Shown: one piece after another, positions 29,570-39,824 of the stretch
Layout of the letters: every line of letters begins with the position of its first letter
Position numbering within the stretch: the stretch's first letter is position 1
Origin: Acidobacteriota bacterium
GTDB taxonomy: Bacteria > Acidobacteriota > CAIWXX01
Direction of reading: 5' to 3'
DNA length: 64,000 nt
Assembly (NCBI GenBank): GCA_040755995.1
Contig: JBFMAF010000003.1
Location: forward strand, 94,210-158,209
Made by a program: the position numbers and the translations under genes
The notes under the pieces: model-generated
Told to the model about the DNA's origin: nothing
The model's input: the letters and a program-made list of their open reading frames with translations, nothing else
Database searches by the model: none

Positions 29570-30121
29570 CTACTCGAAGAGCAAGATGGCGGATGCGAGC
29601 ACCGTCGTCCACAGGCCGGTCTTGTCGCCGACGGCGGTCTGAGTAATGTTGCGACTGCTCACGATCTTGCCCGAGATGCGGTAGATCTCCTTCTTTTCGT
29701 CCCAGCTCTTGTCCGCATCGAACTCGACGCCCAGGATCGTTGCCAGCATGCTCGCCGCCAGGTCCTCCGCGTAATCCCCTGCGAAGTCCTCTTTCTGGCC
29801 GAATGAATGATGTTCGGCCAGGTAGCCGTACATCGTTCGATCCTTCGGGATGGCCACGCCTATGGAGGCCGCGATGAGACGGTGCGGTTCGTTGGTCGCG
29901 TTCTCGCTCATGACGCAGAAGGTCACCTGGCCCGGGCGAAGGCGCTTCAGGCCCTCTTTGAGCGATACGAGCTCGCAGCCGGGCGGAAATATGCTGCTCA
30001 CTCTGACGAGGTTGCATGATGAGACCTGGGCGTCGCGCAGCGCCAGCTCGAAGCTCGTCAGCTTCTCACGATGCTTGCCCACTCCCTTGGTCAAGAAGAT
30101 CTTCTGCGGTACTAGCTCCAC
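29570..30121 (-). CDS. pdaD: Pyruvoyl-dependent arginine decarboxylase
   Basis: SFELALRDA...[11 protein letters not shown] self-cleavage site, GYLAEHH, WTTVLA; GTG start after a GAAGGGGAGAGAG RBS. Confidence 0.92.
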   Translation of the reverse strand: MELVPQKIFLTKGVGKHREKLTSFELALRDAQVSSCNLVRVSSIFPPGCELVSLKEGLKRLRPGQVTFCVMSENATNEPHRLIAASIGVAIPKDRTMYGYLAEHHSFGQKEDFAGDYAEDLAASMLATILGVEFDADKSWDEKKEIYRISGKIVSSRNITQTAVGDKTGLWTTVLASAILLFE

Positions 30122-30194
30122 CTCTCTCCCCCTTCTCACAGATCGACGCAGAATATAGTGAATGTCTTCGGCCAAATCAACGATTCTTCTTCGG

Positions 30195-32792
30195 TCAGTG
30201 CAGCAGCTTCTTCTTGAAGGCGAGCTCGCGTCCGCGCAGATCCACGTCGACCTCGATATGGTCCCCGTCCTTGAACTCTCCGGCAAGCAGACGCGCGGCC
30301 AGGGAGTTCATGAGCATCTTCTGGATGGTGCGCTTGAGCGGCCGCGCCCCGTAATGCGGATCGTATCCGCGTTCCGCCAGCAGTTCCTTGGCTGCCGGCG
30401 TCAGTGAGATCTCGATCTTGCGTCCAGTCAGGAGCTTGGTGAGAACGCCGAGCTGGATATCGACAATCACCTCGATCTCCTTGCGCGTCAGCGGAGCGAA
30501 GATGATGGTCTCGTCGATGCGATTCAGGAACTCGGGACGGAACGCCCCCTTGAGAATCTCCGAGATGGCGTCCTGCAGCCGCTCGGGATCGCGCATGCTC
30601 GCGAACTCGTGGCTGCCGAGATTGCTCGTCATGATGACGATCGCGCTCCTGAAGTCCACGTGCCGGCCCTTGCCGTCGGTCAGCCGCCCGTCGTCGAAGA
30701 CCTGGAGGAGGACGTTGAAGACGTCCGGGTGGGCCTTCTCGATCTCGTCGAGGAGGATCACGGAGTACGGCCGGCGCCGCACTGCCTCGGTGAGCTGCCC
30801 GCCTTCCTCGTAGCCGACGTAGCCCGGCGGGGCCCCGATCATGCGACTGACGGCGTGCTTCTCCATGTACTCCGACATGTCGAGGCGGATCATCGCCTTC
30901 TCGTCGTCGAAGAGGAACTCGGCGAGCGACCGCGCCAGCTCGGTCTTTCCTACGCCGGTCGGTCCCAGAAACAAGAACACCCCCAGCGGCCGCCGCGGAT
31001 CCTGCAGGCCGGCTCGCGCCCGGCGGATCGTGTCGGAGATTCGCCGTAGCGCATCGTCCTGGCCGATCACGCGCTTTCGCAGCTGGTCTTCCATGCGGAT
31101 CAGGCGGCCGACTTCGCCTTCGAGCATCTTCGAGACGGGGATGCCGGTCCATCGCGACACGACATCCGCGATGTCCTCCTCGTCCACCTCCTCCTTGAGC
31201 ATCTTCCCGTCCTTCTGGACATCCGCCAGCCGGGCGGCGAGCGCCTGGAGTTCCTGGCCGAGGGCCGGCAGCCGGCCGTGGCGGAGCTCGGCGACTCGGT
31301 TGAAATCCGGCAGCTCCTTCGCGAGCTCCCTCTCCTCCTCGATCTTCACCTGCTCCATCTCCGCCTTCTTCTCGCGGATCTTCCCGATGATCTCCTTCTC
31401 TGTCGCCCACTGCGTTTTCAGCCGATCCGCCTCCTCCCGCAGCTCGCTCAACTCCCTATCGATTGCCGCGTGCCGCGCCTTCGCCTCCGGGTCCTTCGCC
31501 ACCGCCTGCTTCTCGATCTCGAGCTGTATGCGCCTGCGTTCCAGCGTATCGATCTCGGTCGGCATCGAGTCGATCTCCATCTTGAGGTGCGAGCAGGCCT
31601 CGTCCATGAGATCCACGGCCTTGTCCGGCAGGAAGCGATCGGAGATGTAGCGATGGCTGAGGGTGGCGGCGGCGACGAGCGCCGCGTCCTTGATCTTCAC
31701 GCCGTGATGGATCTCGTATCGCTCCTTCAGCCCGCGCAGGATCGCGATCGCGTCTTCGACACTCGGCTCGCCGACGTACACCGGCTGGAAGCGGCGTTCG
31801 AGGGCCGCGTCCTTCTCGATGCGCTTCTGGTACTCGTTCAGCGTCGTCGCGCCCACGCAGCGCAGGTCGCCGCGTGCGAGCGCGGGTTTGAGCATGTTGC
31901 TCGCGTCCATCGCGCCTTCGGCCGCGCCGGCTCCGACCAGCGTATGGAGCTCGTCGATGAAGAGCACGACGTTGCCCGCGCTCGCCTCGATCTCCTTCAA
32001 CAGCGCCTTCAGCCGTTCCTCGAATTCCCCCCGATACTTGCTTCCGGCGATGAGGGAGGCGAGATCGAGCGCCACGAGGCGCTTGTTCTTCAGTCCTTCG
32101 GGTATGTCCCCTTTCACGATGCGCTGTGCCAGACCCTCGACGATGGCCGTCTTGCCGACGCCGGGCTCGCCGATCAGCACCGGGTTGTTCTTCGTGCGCC
32201 GCGAGAGCACCTGCATCACCCGCCGGATCTCCTCGTCGCGTCCGATCACCGGATCGAGCTTGCCGCGGCGCGCGAGCTCGGTGAGGTCGCGGCAGTACCG
32301 CTCGATTGCCTGGAACTTCTCTTCGGGTGTCTGGTCGGTCACGCGCTGCGAGCCGCGGATGGTCATGAGCGCCTGCAGCAGCCGATCGCGGCCGGCGCCC
32401 TGCGATTGCAGAATGCGCGCCGCGTGGCCGTCGGGCTCACCGGCGATCGCCAGAAGAAGGTGCTCAACGGAGATGTACTCGTCCTTGAAGGAGTCGGCCT
32501 CTTTCAAGGCGTGATCGAGCACGCGGGAGAGCCGGTTGGACACCTGTGCCCCTGCCTGCGTGCCGGAGACCTGGGGGAGGCGGTCGAGCTGTGCGGCGAG
32601 GGCGTCGCGCATCCCTTCGGGCGAGACGCCGATCTTCTGGAGAAGCGGAATGACGATCGTGTCGCCGGATTCCAGAAGCGCCGTCATAAGGTGCTCGGGT
32701 GTGATCTCGGGGTTCCCCCGCCCGCCCGCAATCTCCTGCGCGGTCTGCAGCGCCTCCTGCGCCTTGATCGTGAACTTGTCCATTCGCAACAT
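30195..32792 (-). CDS. clpB: ATP-dependent chaperone ClpB
   Basis: Two AAA+ modules ([16 protein letters not shown]), a coiled-coil middle domain, [20 protein letters not shown]. Confidence 0.99.
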   Translation of the reverse strand: MLRMDKFTIKAQEALQTAQEIAGGRGNPEITPEHLMTALLESGDTIVIPLLQKIGVSPEGMRDALAAQLDRLPQVSGTQAGAQVSNRLSRVLDHALKEADSFKDEYISVEHLLLAIAGEPDGHAARILQSQGAGRDRLLQALMTIRGSQRVTDQTPEEKFQAIERYCRDLTELARRGKLDPVIGRDEEIRRVMQVLSRRTKNNPVLIGEPGVGKTAIVEGLAQRIVKGDIPEGLKNKRLVALDLASLIAGSKYRGEFEERLKALLKEIEASAGNVVLFIDELHTLVGAGAAEGAMDASNMLKPALARGDLRCVGATTLNEYQKRIEKDAALERRFQPVYVGEPSVEDAIAILRGLKERYEIHHGVKIKDAALVAAATLSHRYISDRFLPDKAVDLMDEACSHLKMEIDSMPTEIDTLERRRIQLEIEKQAVAKDPEAKARHAAIDRELSELREEADRLKTQWATEKEIIGKIREKKAEMEQVKIEEERELAKELPDFNRVAELRHGRLPALGQELQALAARLADVQKDGKMLKEEVDEEDIADVVSRWTGIPVSKMLEGEVGRLIRMEDQLRKRVIGQDDALRRISDTIRRARAGLQDPRRPLGVFLFLGPTGVGKTELARSLAEFLFDDEKAMIRLDMSEYMEKHAVSRMIGAPPGYVGYEEGGQLTEAVRRRPYSVILLDEIEKAHPDVFNVLLQVFDDGRLTDGKGRHVDFRSAIVIMTSNLGSHEFASMRDPERLQDAISEILKGAFRPEFLNRIDETIIFAPLTRKEIEVIVDIQLGVLTKLLTGRKIEISLTPAAKELLAERGYDPHYGARPLKRTIQKMLMNSLAARLLAGEFKDGDHIEVDVDLRGRELAFKKKLLH

Positions 32793-32919
32793 CCTCAGCA
32801 CCTCCGAATGTAGGGATTTTACGGTCGAGGGGCGGAAAGAGCAATGCCGCGTAGGCCGCTGCGGTCAGGCGGTGTCGCAGGCGCATCGTTCAGCACGCGC
32901 AGGCCGGCGGGCGGAGCAG

Positions 32920-33870
32920 TCAGATGGTGTCGAGAGAGTAGGCGCCGCCGTAGGAGCGCTGGACGATTGCTGCAGTTGTCTTCGAGAGCCGCGCGACCAG
33001 CTGCCCGCAGTTGCTACCAATGCGGTTCTCCTCGAGTTCGCCCGCCGACAGCAGCACGTCGAATCCCTCTCCGCGCAGCTCCTCGATCAGCGCCGAGGTG
33101 CGCTCATCCGGATCGGACTCGAAGGCCGTGTCGATTCGCGCCGCGCCGGCCGAATCGGTCGGGTTTACGGGTGTGAGCTTCACGAGGAAGCGGGCCGGAT
33201 CGAACAGGCGGGCCAGCCTGACGGAGGACACTTCGAAGCGCCGGTGCAGCGCGAAGTTCAGAGTGATCTTCCGGTCGCCGTGGTTCCAGAAGTCGCGACC
33301 GTACGCGGCGATCCGATCGAGGCTCCACTTGCGCGCAGGCATCAGCCGGTCGCGCTCCTGCTCGTCGGTGGAGTGGACGGAGAACTGGAGCTGGAAGCGG
33401 CCGGCAAGGCGATCCTTCACTCGAGCGAGCTCCTCGAAGAACGGCTCGCGCCCGGCCGGAGCGATCGTTGACACGCAGAACATCAGCCCCGGCGCAGAAA
33501 GGCGCTCGCGGATCAACCCCATAGCCCGCAGAACATCGTCATTCAGGGCCGGCTCGCCCATGCGGGCGAACTGGATCTTGAAGTGGTCTACCGGGACGCG
33601 CCGTTCCGGGAAGCGGCGGGCCACGAGATACTCGACCTGAGCGAGCATCTCTTCGGCCGAGAGATGCCCGGCGAAGCTGCCGCCGGCGTCGCAGATCGCG
33701 CATCGGACGGGACAGCCGAATGAAACCGACAGGATCAAGACCCACTTGCGGTCCCAGGGGATCGGCGGCTGCCGCGATTCGACGAACTCGACCAGCTTCC
33801 CCCGCATCTTCCCGACGAACACGGTGGCGATGGCCGGATTGCCGCGAGACATGAGCACCCTCATTGACAT
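32920..33870 (-). CDS. RlmN/Cfr-like radical SAM protein, atypical
   Basis: GCPVRCAICDAG, MGEPALN, QFSVHS, C-terminal NCGQL; lacks the RlmN N-terminal domain. Confidence 0.85.
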   Translation of the reverse strand: MSMRVLMSRGNPAIATVFVGKMRGKLVEFVESRQPPIPWDRKWVLILSVSFGCPVRCAICDAGGSFAGHLSAEEMLAQVEYLVARRFPERRVPVDHFKIQFARMGEPALNDDVLRAMGLIRERLSAPGLMFCVSTIAPAGREPFFEELARVKDRLAGRFQLQFSVHSTDEQERDRLMPARKWSLDRIAAYGRDFWNHGDRKITLNFALHRRFEVSSVRLARLFDPARFLVKLTPVNPTDSAGAARIDTAFESDPDERTSALIEELRGEGFDVLLSAGELEENRIGSNCGQLVARLSKTTAAIVQRSYGGAYSLDTI

Positions 33871-34727
33871 GGCCTCCCGATCGACTCGGCCGCCATGGCG
33901 GCGGCTCGAATGCCGTCGCCTACGGCGACGCCGACCTGGCGGAGCGCCGGGTGAAGCACGTCGCCGGCCAGAAAGAGGCCTTCCACGGAGGTCCGGCCGT
34001 CCGAGCGGATGTCGAGCCGGTCGAATCGATCCAATAGAGACCGATCCGCCGTCCTGCCCACGGCCACAACTACTACATCTGTAGTAATACTGGAGCCGTC
34101 TCCGGTCCGCAGCATGACGGCGCCGTCGTTCCCGACTGTCGCCTTGCTCACCTCGACGCCGGCTCGCACCTCTACACCGAGCCTTCGCACCTGTTCGTGC
34201 AGAAACGGAATCGCCTTGGGGGTGGTGCGGCAGAGGAGCGTGGCGGCGACGCCGCGCCGGGCCAGAGTGACGGCGTAGTCGAAAGCCACGTCGCCGCTTC
34301 CGATCACCACCGCATTGCTCGCGGCGGGGTGCTGTGAGACGTCGTACAGCAGTCTTTCGCCGAGGTCCTTCTCGCCGTCGAAACCGGCGGGACGAGCCCT
34401 TGTGCCGGCCGCGACGATAACGGCGTCGCAGGCGAAGGGTCTGCAGTCGATCGTGGCAGCGAATTTGTGTCCAGCGGCAGTGTCGAGACCGACCGAGCCG
34501 CTGGCCGGCTCGATTCCGGCCTGCGAAAGTTGGTCCGCCAGGCGGTGTGCCAAGTCTTCGCCGGCGATGCCCCCGGGGAAGCCAGGGTAGTTGCGTATCC
34601 AGGAGGCGCTTCGGAGCATCCCTCCGACACCCCCGCGATCCACGATGCGGAAGGGAATGGAGCGGCGGTGGAGCTCGAGCGCCGCGGCAACTCCGGCCGG
34701 TCCCGCGCCGGCGATCAGCACTGTCAT
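33861..34727 (-). CDS. Thioredoxin-reductase-like FAD/NAD(P) oxidoreductase without CxxC
   Basis: GAGPAG, NYPGF, AAG, IGSGDVAFD, TSVEGLFLAGDV, QVGVAVGDG; ATGA overlap with the upstream gene. Confidence 0.88.
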   Translation of the reverse strand: MTVLIAGAGPAGVAAALELHRRSIPFRIVDRGGVGGMLRSASWIRNYPGFPGGIAGEDLAHRLADQLSQAGIEPASGSVGLDTAAGHKFAATIDCRPFACDAVIVAAGTRARPAGFDGEKDLGERLLYDVSQHPAASNAVVIGSGDVAFDYAVTLARRGVAATLLCRTTPKAIPFLHEQVRRLGVEVRAGVEVSKATVGNDGAVMLRTGDGSSITTDVVVVAVGRTADRSLLDRFDRLDIRSDGRTSVEGLFLAGDVLHPALRQVGVAVGDGIRAAAMAAESIGRPCQ

Positions 34728-35383
34728 CTCAAGGCCGCCAATGTATCTGAAGTAGTGCGGATCTCGGCGAAGCCGTGCGCCATGGTGCGAAGTGCCGAGA
34801 CGTGCAGGTCCTCGGTGGTGGTGGCCGTGGCATCCGCGAGAACGATGGGCGAATAGCCGCGAACGAAGGCGCTTCGCGCGGTGGTCTCGCAGCAGAGGTC
34901 CGTCATGACGCCCGCGATGACGATCCACTCGACGCGCGCGCGCCTGAGCCTCGCGTCGAGGGACGTGCCGTGGAATGCGTCGTAGGTCCACTTGCGGACT
35001 ACCGGAAAGTCCAGGTCGGCCAGTGCCGGAATGATCCCGGACTCGATCGTGCCGTCCGCGATCGTCCCCTTCCAGAACGCGGCCATCGTGCGAGGCGCTT
35101 CGCGAGGGCGCTCGGCGTGCCGTGTCAGGATCACACGCGCCCCGGCACTGCGGGCCTCGATCACGAATCTCCGAAGATTCGGCACGATGGCCGGCGCTGC
35201 AGGCAAAGAGGCGCGGAAACGCCGTTCGAAAAAGCACCGCTGGGGATCGACGATGAGGACGCACGTGCGTCTCGCAACGGGGGAGCCCCACGGGAATCGC
35301 TGGTAGGGCTTCACCGCCGTCAGCCACGCCGCGGTGTGCCGGGCGAGGCTTCGAGCAGTCACATATTTCTCCTTGTTCGACAT
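34724..35383 (-). CDS. Isochorismatase-family cysteine hydrolase
   Basis: IVDPQ, RKWTYDAF, GVMTDLCCETTAR (Asp-Lys-Cys triad). Confidence 0.92.
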   Translation of the reverse strand: MSNKEKYVTARSLARHTAAWLTAVKPYQRFPWGSPVARRTCVLIVDPQRCFFERRFRASLPAAPAIVPNLRRFVIEARSAGARVILTRHAERPREAPRTMAAFWKGTIADGTIESGIIPALADLDFPVVRKWTYDAFHGTSLDARLRRARVEWIVIAGVMTDLCCETTARSAFVRGYSPIVLADATATTTEDLHVSALRTMAHGFAEIRTTSDTLAALR

Positions 35384-35593
35384 ACCTCTTCGCTCCGGCG
35401 TCGCGATCGGGAATGAAGCGGCGCCGTGCTGCCGCGGAAGCTTCCCGATCGCATGCGCCCCCAGATCAGCCTGGGAGGAAGGCGATTCTACAGTCAAGCA
35501 GTCCCCTCGCACAATCCCCCGCCTCCGGTCGTCCGGTCAGCGCGGGCAAGCAGGCGGCCCCTGGCGACCAGGCCACGGGGCCACGCTGGCATC

Positions 35594-35622
35594 TTGACAC
35601 AGATGGCTCAAGCACCTATCCT
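35594..35622 (+). promoter_or_regulatory. Sigma70-type promoter of the cold-shock gene, giving a long 5' UTR
   Basis: TTGACA-17 nt-TATCCT about 190 nt upstream of the csp start. Confidence 0.7.
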
Positions 35623-35810
35623 TGTACGCGGTCGAAGTGATGATGGTGTTTGTAGTTGGCATCACTTGCGTGGGTCCTTTCTCCCGGAAATCTGTGGGCT
35701 TGGCCGCGTGAACCGGAGATGGGGGAAGGGTTGCTCGCGTGGACTGGCAGGCGCTGCGTCCGGACCGCTGCTATGGCAATCGGAGTCCTTTGGAATAGGA
35801 AGGAGCAACC

Positions 35811-36050
35811 GTGCGAAGCAATGGCACTGTGAAATGGTTCAGCAACGCGAAGGGCTACGGATTCATCGCCCAATCCACAGGGCAGGATGTCTTTGTGCAC
35901 CACAAGGAGATCGATGTGGATAGGGCCGGCTTCAAGTCGCTCCAGAAGGGGCAGCTTGTCGAGTTCGATCTCGAAGACGGCCCGAAGGGCCCGATGGCGA
36001 GGAATGTCGTCCTGTTGTCGTCGGCGGAGCCCGCAGCCGAAGAGACGTAG
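35811..36050 (+). CDS. Cold-shock domain protein
   Basis: [46 protein letters not shown]. Confidence 0.97.
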   Translation: MRSNGTVKWFSNAKGYGFIAQSTGQDVFVHHKEIDVDRAGFKSLQKGQLVEFDLEDGPKGPMARNVVLLSSAEPAAEET

Positions 36051-36097
36051 CCAGCGAGGCTTGGGAGCGAACACGGCCCAGGGTGGCAGGCCGGTCT

Positions 36098-36676
36098 CTA
36101 CTTGGTCTCGATGGCTTTGGCTCTCAGCTGGACCTTGCCGTCCTTGATGGAGAGGCGAAACTCCACCGCCGACGCTCCGAACTTCTGGGTGAGCTGCTTG
36201 TACTGGCTCTGGATGAGCTTCTCGAAGGCCTGAGGCGATACCTTGTCCGCGGGCTCGCCGGTCTGGGACCGCAGCTCCATGAATTGGCCGTAGAGCGTCG
36301 AGATAGGTTGTCCGTGATCGGGTGAGCCGATCACGGCCGAGTACTCCGTGGGGCGCACCGGGGGTGCAGCTGCTGCGGCCGGCGCGGGGCGTGCGTGTGG
36401 CACGATCCCGGTGAGGGATATACCTTCTTCCCGTGCTCTCATCTGCCGGTTCCAGAGCTCGCTGTACGTGTAGAACCGCGTCATGAGGACCTGGAAGAGG
36501 TAGCGTTGAGAGAAGTTCTGCATGGACGTGGCGTTGAGCCGCTTGATCATGGCGGCCACGCGGTCCCTCTCGCGCTCGGGCGGAACCTTCTGTCCCCCGG
36601 AGAAGAATCTCTCGTAGTCCAGCTTCAGTCTGGTGATGGAGAGATCGAGATCCGCCAGTTCTTTATCAAGGTCCAT
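36098..36676 (-). CDS. MXAN_5187 C-terminal-like domain protein
   Basis: LKLDYERFFSG..KVPP...WNRQMRAREEG...VEFRLSIKDGKVQLRA pattern. Confidence 0.75.
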   Translation of the reverse strand: MDLDKELADLDLSITRLKLDYERFFSGGQKVPPERERDRVAAMIKRLNATSMQNFSQRYLFQVLMTRFYTYSELWNRQMRAREEGISLTGIVPHARPAPAAAAAPPVRPTEYSAVIGSPDHGQPISTLYGQFMELRSQTGEPADKVSPQAFEKLIQSQYKQLTQKFGASAVEFRLSIKDGKVQLRAKAIETK

Positions 36677-36763
36677 GGTTGTCTTACCCGGTCGGTCGTG
36701 CCTGCCGCTTGGTCATCTTCTCCGGCGATGCGTGATGCGATTCACACGTGGTCCGGCCCGCCC

Positions 36764-37198
36764 TCAGGTGCGATGGAACCAGAACAGGGGCAGCCACAGG
36801 TCTCGGGCGAACGGTAGCGGCAGATCGTGGATCAGGACCTCGTTTTCCGGCAGCTCGCTGGTCAATTGATAGAGGTCGAACAGGGCCCTCGATTGCTCCA
36901 TTTCAAATCGCGCGAAGTGGCGCAGGAATCTCCCCTCGCCCTCGGTCCAGTACTTCGGCGCCCTGATCGCGAGCTCCACCGCGCGCCCGTACCGCTCCAT
37001 CACCTCCGCATCCGGCGCCCGGTCGCGCTCGTCCGGCGGTCCGAAGACGAGCGTCGCGCAGGGCTTCAGCTCGACCATCTCCGGATGCAGAATGAAGGCC
37101 ACCTTCTGATCAAGAGATCGGATCTCTTCCTCGATTTCCCTCCGTACGCGCTCCCGATCGATCTCGGAGGCAGCCTCTATCTCGACTTCACCAGACAT
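36764..37198 (-). CDS. Hypothetical protein, 144 aa, probably leaderless
   Basis: 3' part of the track's 230-aa ORF starting MSGEVEIE; TTGACA-17-TATCCT lies 6 nt before this ATG. Confidence 0.75.
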   Translation of the reverse strand: MSGEVEIEAASEIDRERVRREIEEEIRSLDQKVAFILHPEMVELKPCATLVFGPPDERDRAPDAEVMERYGRAVELAIRAPKYWTEGEGRFLRHFARFEMEQSRALFDLYQLTSELPENEVLIHDLPLPFARDLWLPLFWFHRT

Positions 37199-37204
37199 GC
37201 TCGC

Positions 37205-37317
37205 AGGATATTGGATTGCCGGTTTGCTGTCAATCGCCGCCGCGCTCTCGCTCTCGCTCTCGTCGCCGAAGCTGCTAAGACGGTGCTTTGACAGCGGTGC
37301 GAGTCTGTTGGTAGGCT
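37205..37317. promoter_or_regulatory. Back-to-back divergent sigma70 promoters
   Basis: Minus strand: TTGACA (37233-37228)-17-TATCCT (37210-37205). Plus strand: TTGACA (37288)-18-TAGGCT (37312), then an AAGGAG RBS. Confidence 0.65.
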
Positions 37318-37343
37318 TGCCGTACCGAAGGAGATCACCGCAC

Positions 37344-39824
37344 TTGCCGCACCGCGCCGTCTGCTTCCCAGCCATCCTGACCACCCTTGTGCTGGTCACG
37401 GTCAGCGCTCCCGCATCGGATTCGGACCCGGCGGATTTCAAGTGGGAGGTCGGCATCGCAGGCGTCTACAAGAAGCGCTGCACTTTTCCTGTGAAGGTGA
37501 CGGCGAACCTCGATTCTCAGCGGGCTGCCCGTATGGAGGCTGTCGCGGTAATGGCCAACCGGGACCGGCAAAGCCGCACGGTCCAGCCCCTGCGCATTTG
37601 CCGTGCGCCATTCGATCGTGGTGATCCGCGTGGAGGTGTCTCGGCGATTCTCTCAGCCAGACTGAGCCAATCGTGCAACACCGTGCAGTTGATGGTGGTC
37701 GAGGGTAGTAGGACCATCAGCAGACAGACACTGGATCTGGAGGCGGTCAGCGATCGCGTTGTCTGCGTCTTGACGCAGGACCGTGGCCGGTTCGACGTGC
37801 TCGGCAGTCTCGAACAGCTGACGCACTTGTGCGTCGAAGCAGCCGACATACCGCCAAACGGCCACCTGTTCGAGTCCGTTGACGCTCTGATCGTGGACTC
37901 GTTCGATCTCGGCTCCTTGGACAAGCCAAGACTGGATGCCATCAACCTGTGGATACTCTCCGGCGGGGTGATGATCTTGACCGCGGAGGGGATATTGAAG
38001 AACGCCGGCGCAGATTCGCCAATGCCGCTCGCGGATATCGAGGCCGGGCCTCCGGCCAGCGCCGTGCCACCTCCGGCGTTTCTTTCGTACCTGGATCTGC
38101 GCGCGCCGGTGGTTCCCATCAAGTCTGTCCCAAGACTGGGGATTCGGCTTCCCAGCGGATGGGAGAGAATCATCGAGGATCCTATGGGACCTTGGCTCGC
38201 CAGAATGAGGTGGGGGTTCGGGTGGATCTACCTTGATACGACACGGATCGAGGGTGCGGAGACCGGTCCGACACTTGCGCCGCGCGAGCTGAGGAGAGAG
38301 CTGTGGCAAGCCATCCTCTCGACCCCACCCCTCGCCTCCGACTTGACGGCGGAGTTCGGCACGGAAGATCGGGACTTCTACAATGTCCCGCGCGAGGCGC
38401 AGGTGTCCGGAGTCATGAGCAGCGTGCTCGGGTTTCTCTCGATATGCCTGATAGTGCTCGGCCCGCTCAACTACATGGTCCTCAAGAAGCTGGATCGCAG
38501 GGAGTACATTCTGGCGACCGTGCCGCTCGTCGCCGTGATGCTGGCTGCGGGCGCGTACGTGGTGGCCTGGAGCCTTAGAGGTAGCGAGGCGGTGGTTCGA
38601 GTGGCGAACCTGACGGTCGGTGTGCCCGGTCAGAACGGCGTCACGAGGTCCTACCTCGGGTATCTCGCACCTGACACCGAACCATCCGAAGTCCACGCGA
38701 GCAATCCTGGCGGCTTTGCCGTGATGTTTCGCGACGAGATCGAGGGTGCCTGGCGCGAGGCCGATCGTGTCGGCAGGCACCCGGTGAACTTCTTCGGCTC
38801 GAGGGACCTCATGGAAATCAGCAACCTGTGCATGAACAAATGGGCCATGAGGTTCCTGAGGTTCGACAGTATCGATCGCCTCCACTCCGCAATCAAGATC
38901 GATGCAACCCTGAGTGCCGGCCGATTCTCGGGGCACTTATTCAATGGCACGCCCATGACGCTCGAGAAAGCGCACTTTCTCACTCGTTACCATTCCATCC
39001 CGTTGGGAGATCTCGCGTCTGGAGCCACGGCCGAGTGGAGCCTGGACCCGACCACGCCCAGTCGGGAGCTTACGGGAGAGCCGGAGGAGCTGCGATACAC
39101 AACGCTGCGGCGCACGAATTTCAGCCGAGACCAGAAAGAGCTCCTGTCCAAGGCGATCGCCACATACCCGGCAGTGGGCTACGCTCCGGCGCTGGTCTAC
39201 GCCTTCGCCGGCGAGGGGGCGCTTCGCGTCAAGACCGGTAATGCCGGTGCGCGCTGCGAAGGAAACAGCTTGGGAATCACTGCAGTTCCCTACCGCGTTG
39301 ATGCCGGACCAGGCAGCATTCCCATGGGCTTCAACTCTGTCTACGTGTCTCGGGGCACTCGGCGCGAGCCGACCGGCCCTCATTATGCTGGAGACGACAA
39401 CAGGGACGCGCTGGAATTCGACCTGCCAATCGAGACCTCGTACCCTATCGCGATCGAGCGGCTCAAGGTGCATCTCGGGAGAGGCAAGACGCAGTGTGGC
39501 CCCGTGGAGTGCCCGCCCCCGGCGCCGGCACGCATCCACCTGTACGACTGGGCTCGACAAGAATACGTTCAGGTGGGAATCAGCAGGGCCTGGGAGGACA
39601 CAATCGACGTTGCCACGCCCGGGCGATTCGTCGGTCTGCCAGGCGCCAGGATTCGCGTCCGGATAGAGCGCGCGCCCGGGTCGGGCGCCGCCTTCGGTGT
39701 ACCTGACTTGACTGTTCCAGGCGGTGGATATGACGAACCGCCCGCCGGTGCGCTCGAATTTCACTATGTTGACGTGTCCATGGTCATCGGGAGGCAGCCC
39801 GGCCCGACCGTGGAGGTCAAATGA
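37344..39824 (+). CDS. Large secreted/membrane accessory protein of the ABC operon
   Basis: TTG start after AAGGAG, signal peptide, AINLWILSGG, two TM helices (VLGPLNYMVLKKLDRRE); ATGA overlap with the ABC ATPase gene. Confidence 0.8.
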   Translation: MPHRAVCFPAILTTLVLVTVSAPASDSDPADFKWEVGIAGVYKKRCTFPVKVTANLDSQRAARMEAVAVMANRDRQSRTVQPLRICRAPFDRGDPRGGVSAILSARLSQSCNTVQLMVVEGSRTISRQTLDLEAVSDRVVCVLTQDRGRFDVLGSLEQLTHLCVEAADIPPNGHLFESVDALIVDSFDLGSLDKPRLDAINLWILSGGVMILTAEGILKNAGADSPMPLADIEAGPPASAVPPPAFLSYLDLRAPVVPIKSVPRLGIRLPSGWERIIEDPMGPWLARMRWGFGWIYLDTTRIEGAETGPTLAPRELRRELWQAILSTPPLASDLTAEFGTEDRDFYNVPREAQVSGVMSSVLGFLSICLIVLGPLNYMVLKKLDRREYILATVPLVAVMLAAGAYVVAWSLRGSEAVVRVANLTVGVPGQNGVTRSYLGYLAPDTEPSEVHASNPGGFAVMFRDEIEGAWREADRVGRHPVNFFGSRDLMEISNLCMNKWAMRFLRFDSIDRLHSAIKIDATLSAGRFSGHLFNGTPMTLEKAHFLTRYHSIPLGDLASGATAEWSLDPTTPSRELTGEPEELRYTTLRRTNFSRDQKELLSKAIATYPAVGYAPALVYAFAGEGALRVKTGNAGARCEGNSLGITAVPYRVDAGPGSIPMGFNSVYVSRGTRREPTGPHYAGDDNRDALEFDLPIETSYPIAIERLKVHLGRGKTQCGPVECPPPAPARIHLYDWARQEYVQVGISRAWEDTIDVATPGRFVGLPGARIRVRIERAPGSGAAFGVPDLTVPGGGYDEPPAGALEFHYVDVSMVIGRQPGPTVEVK

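Noticed and set aside
31278..32813. Long antisense ORFs (511 aa opposite clpB; similar ones opposite pcrA, the A domain and the caspase)
   Set aside because: Typical shadow ORFs of high-GC coding DNA with no recognisable motifs.
32793..32919. CIRCE or CtsR heat-shock operator upstream of clpB
   Set aside because: No TTAGCACTC-N9-GAGTGCTAA inverted repeat or clear tandem heptad was found.
34728..35327. N-terminal extension of the 488-aa oxidoreductase ORF
   Set aside because: It is an off-frame shadow of the isochorismatase gene; the Rossmann motif starts at 34727.
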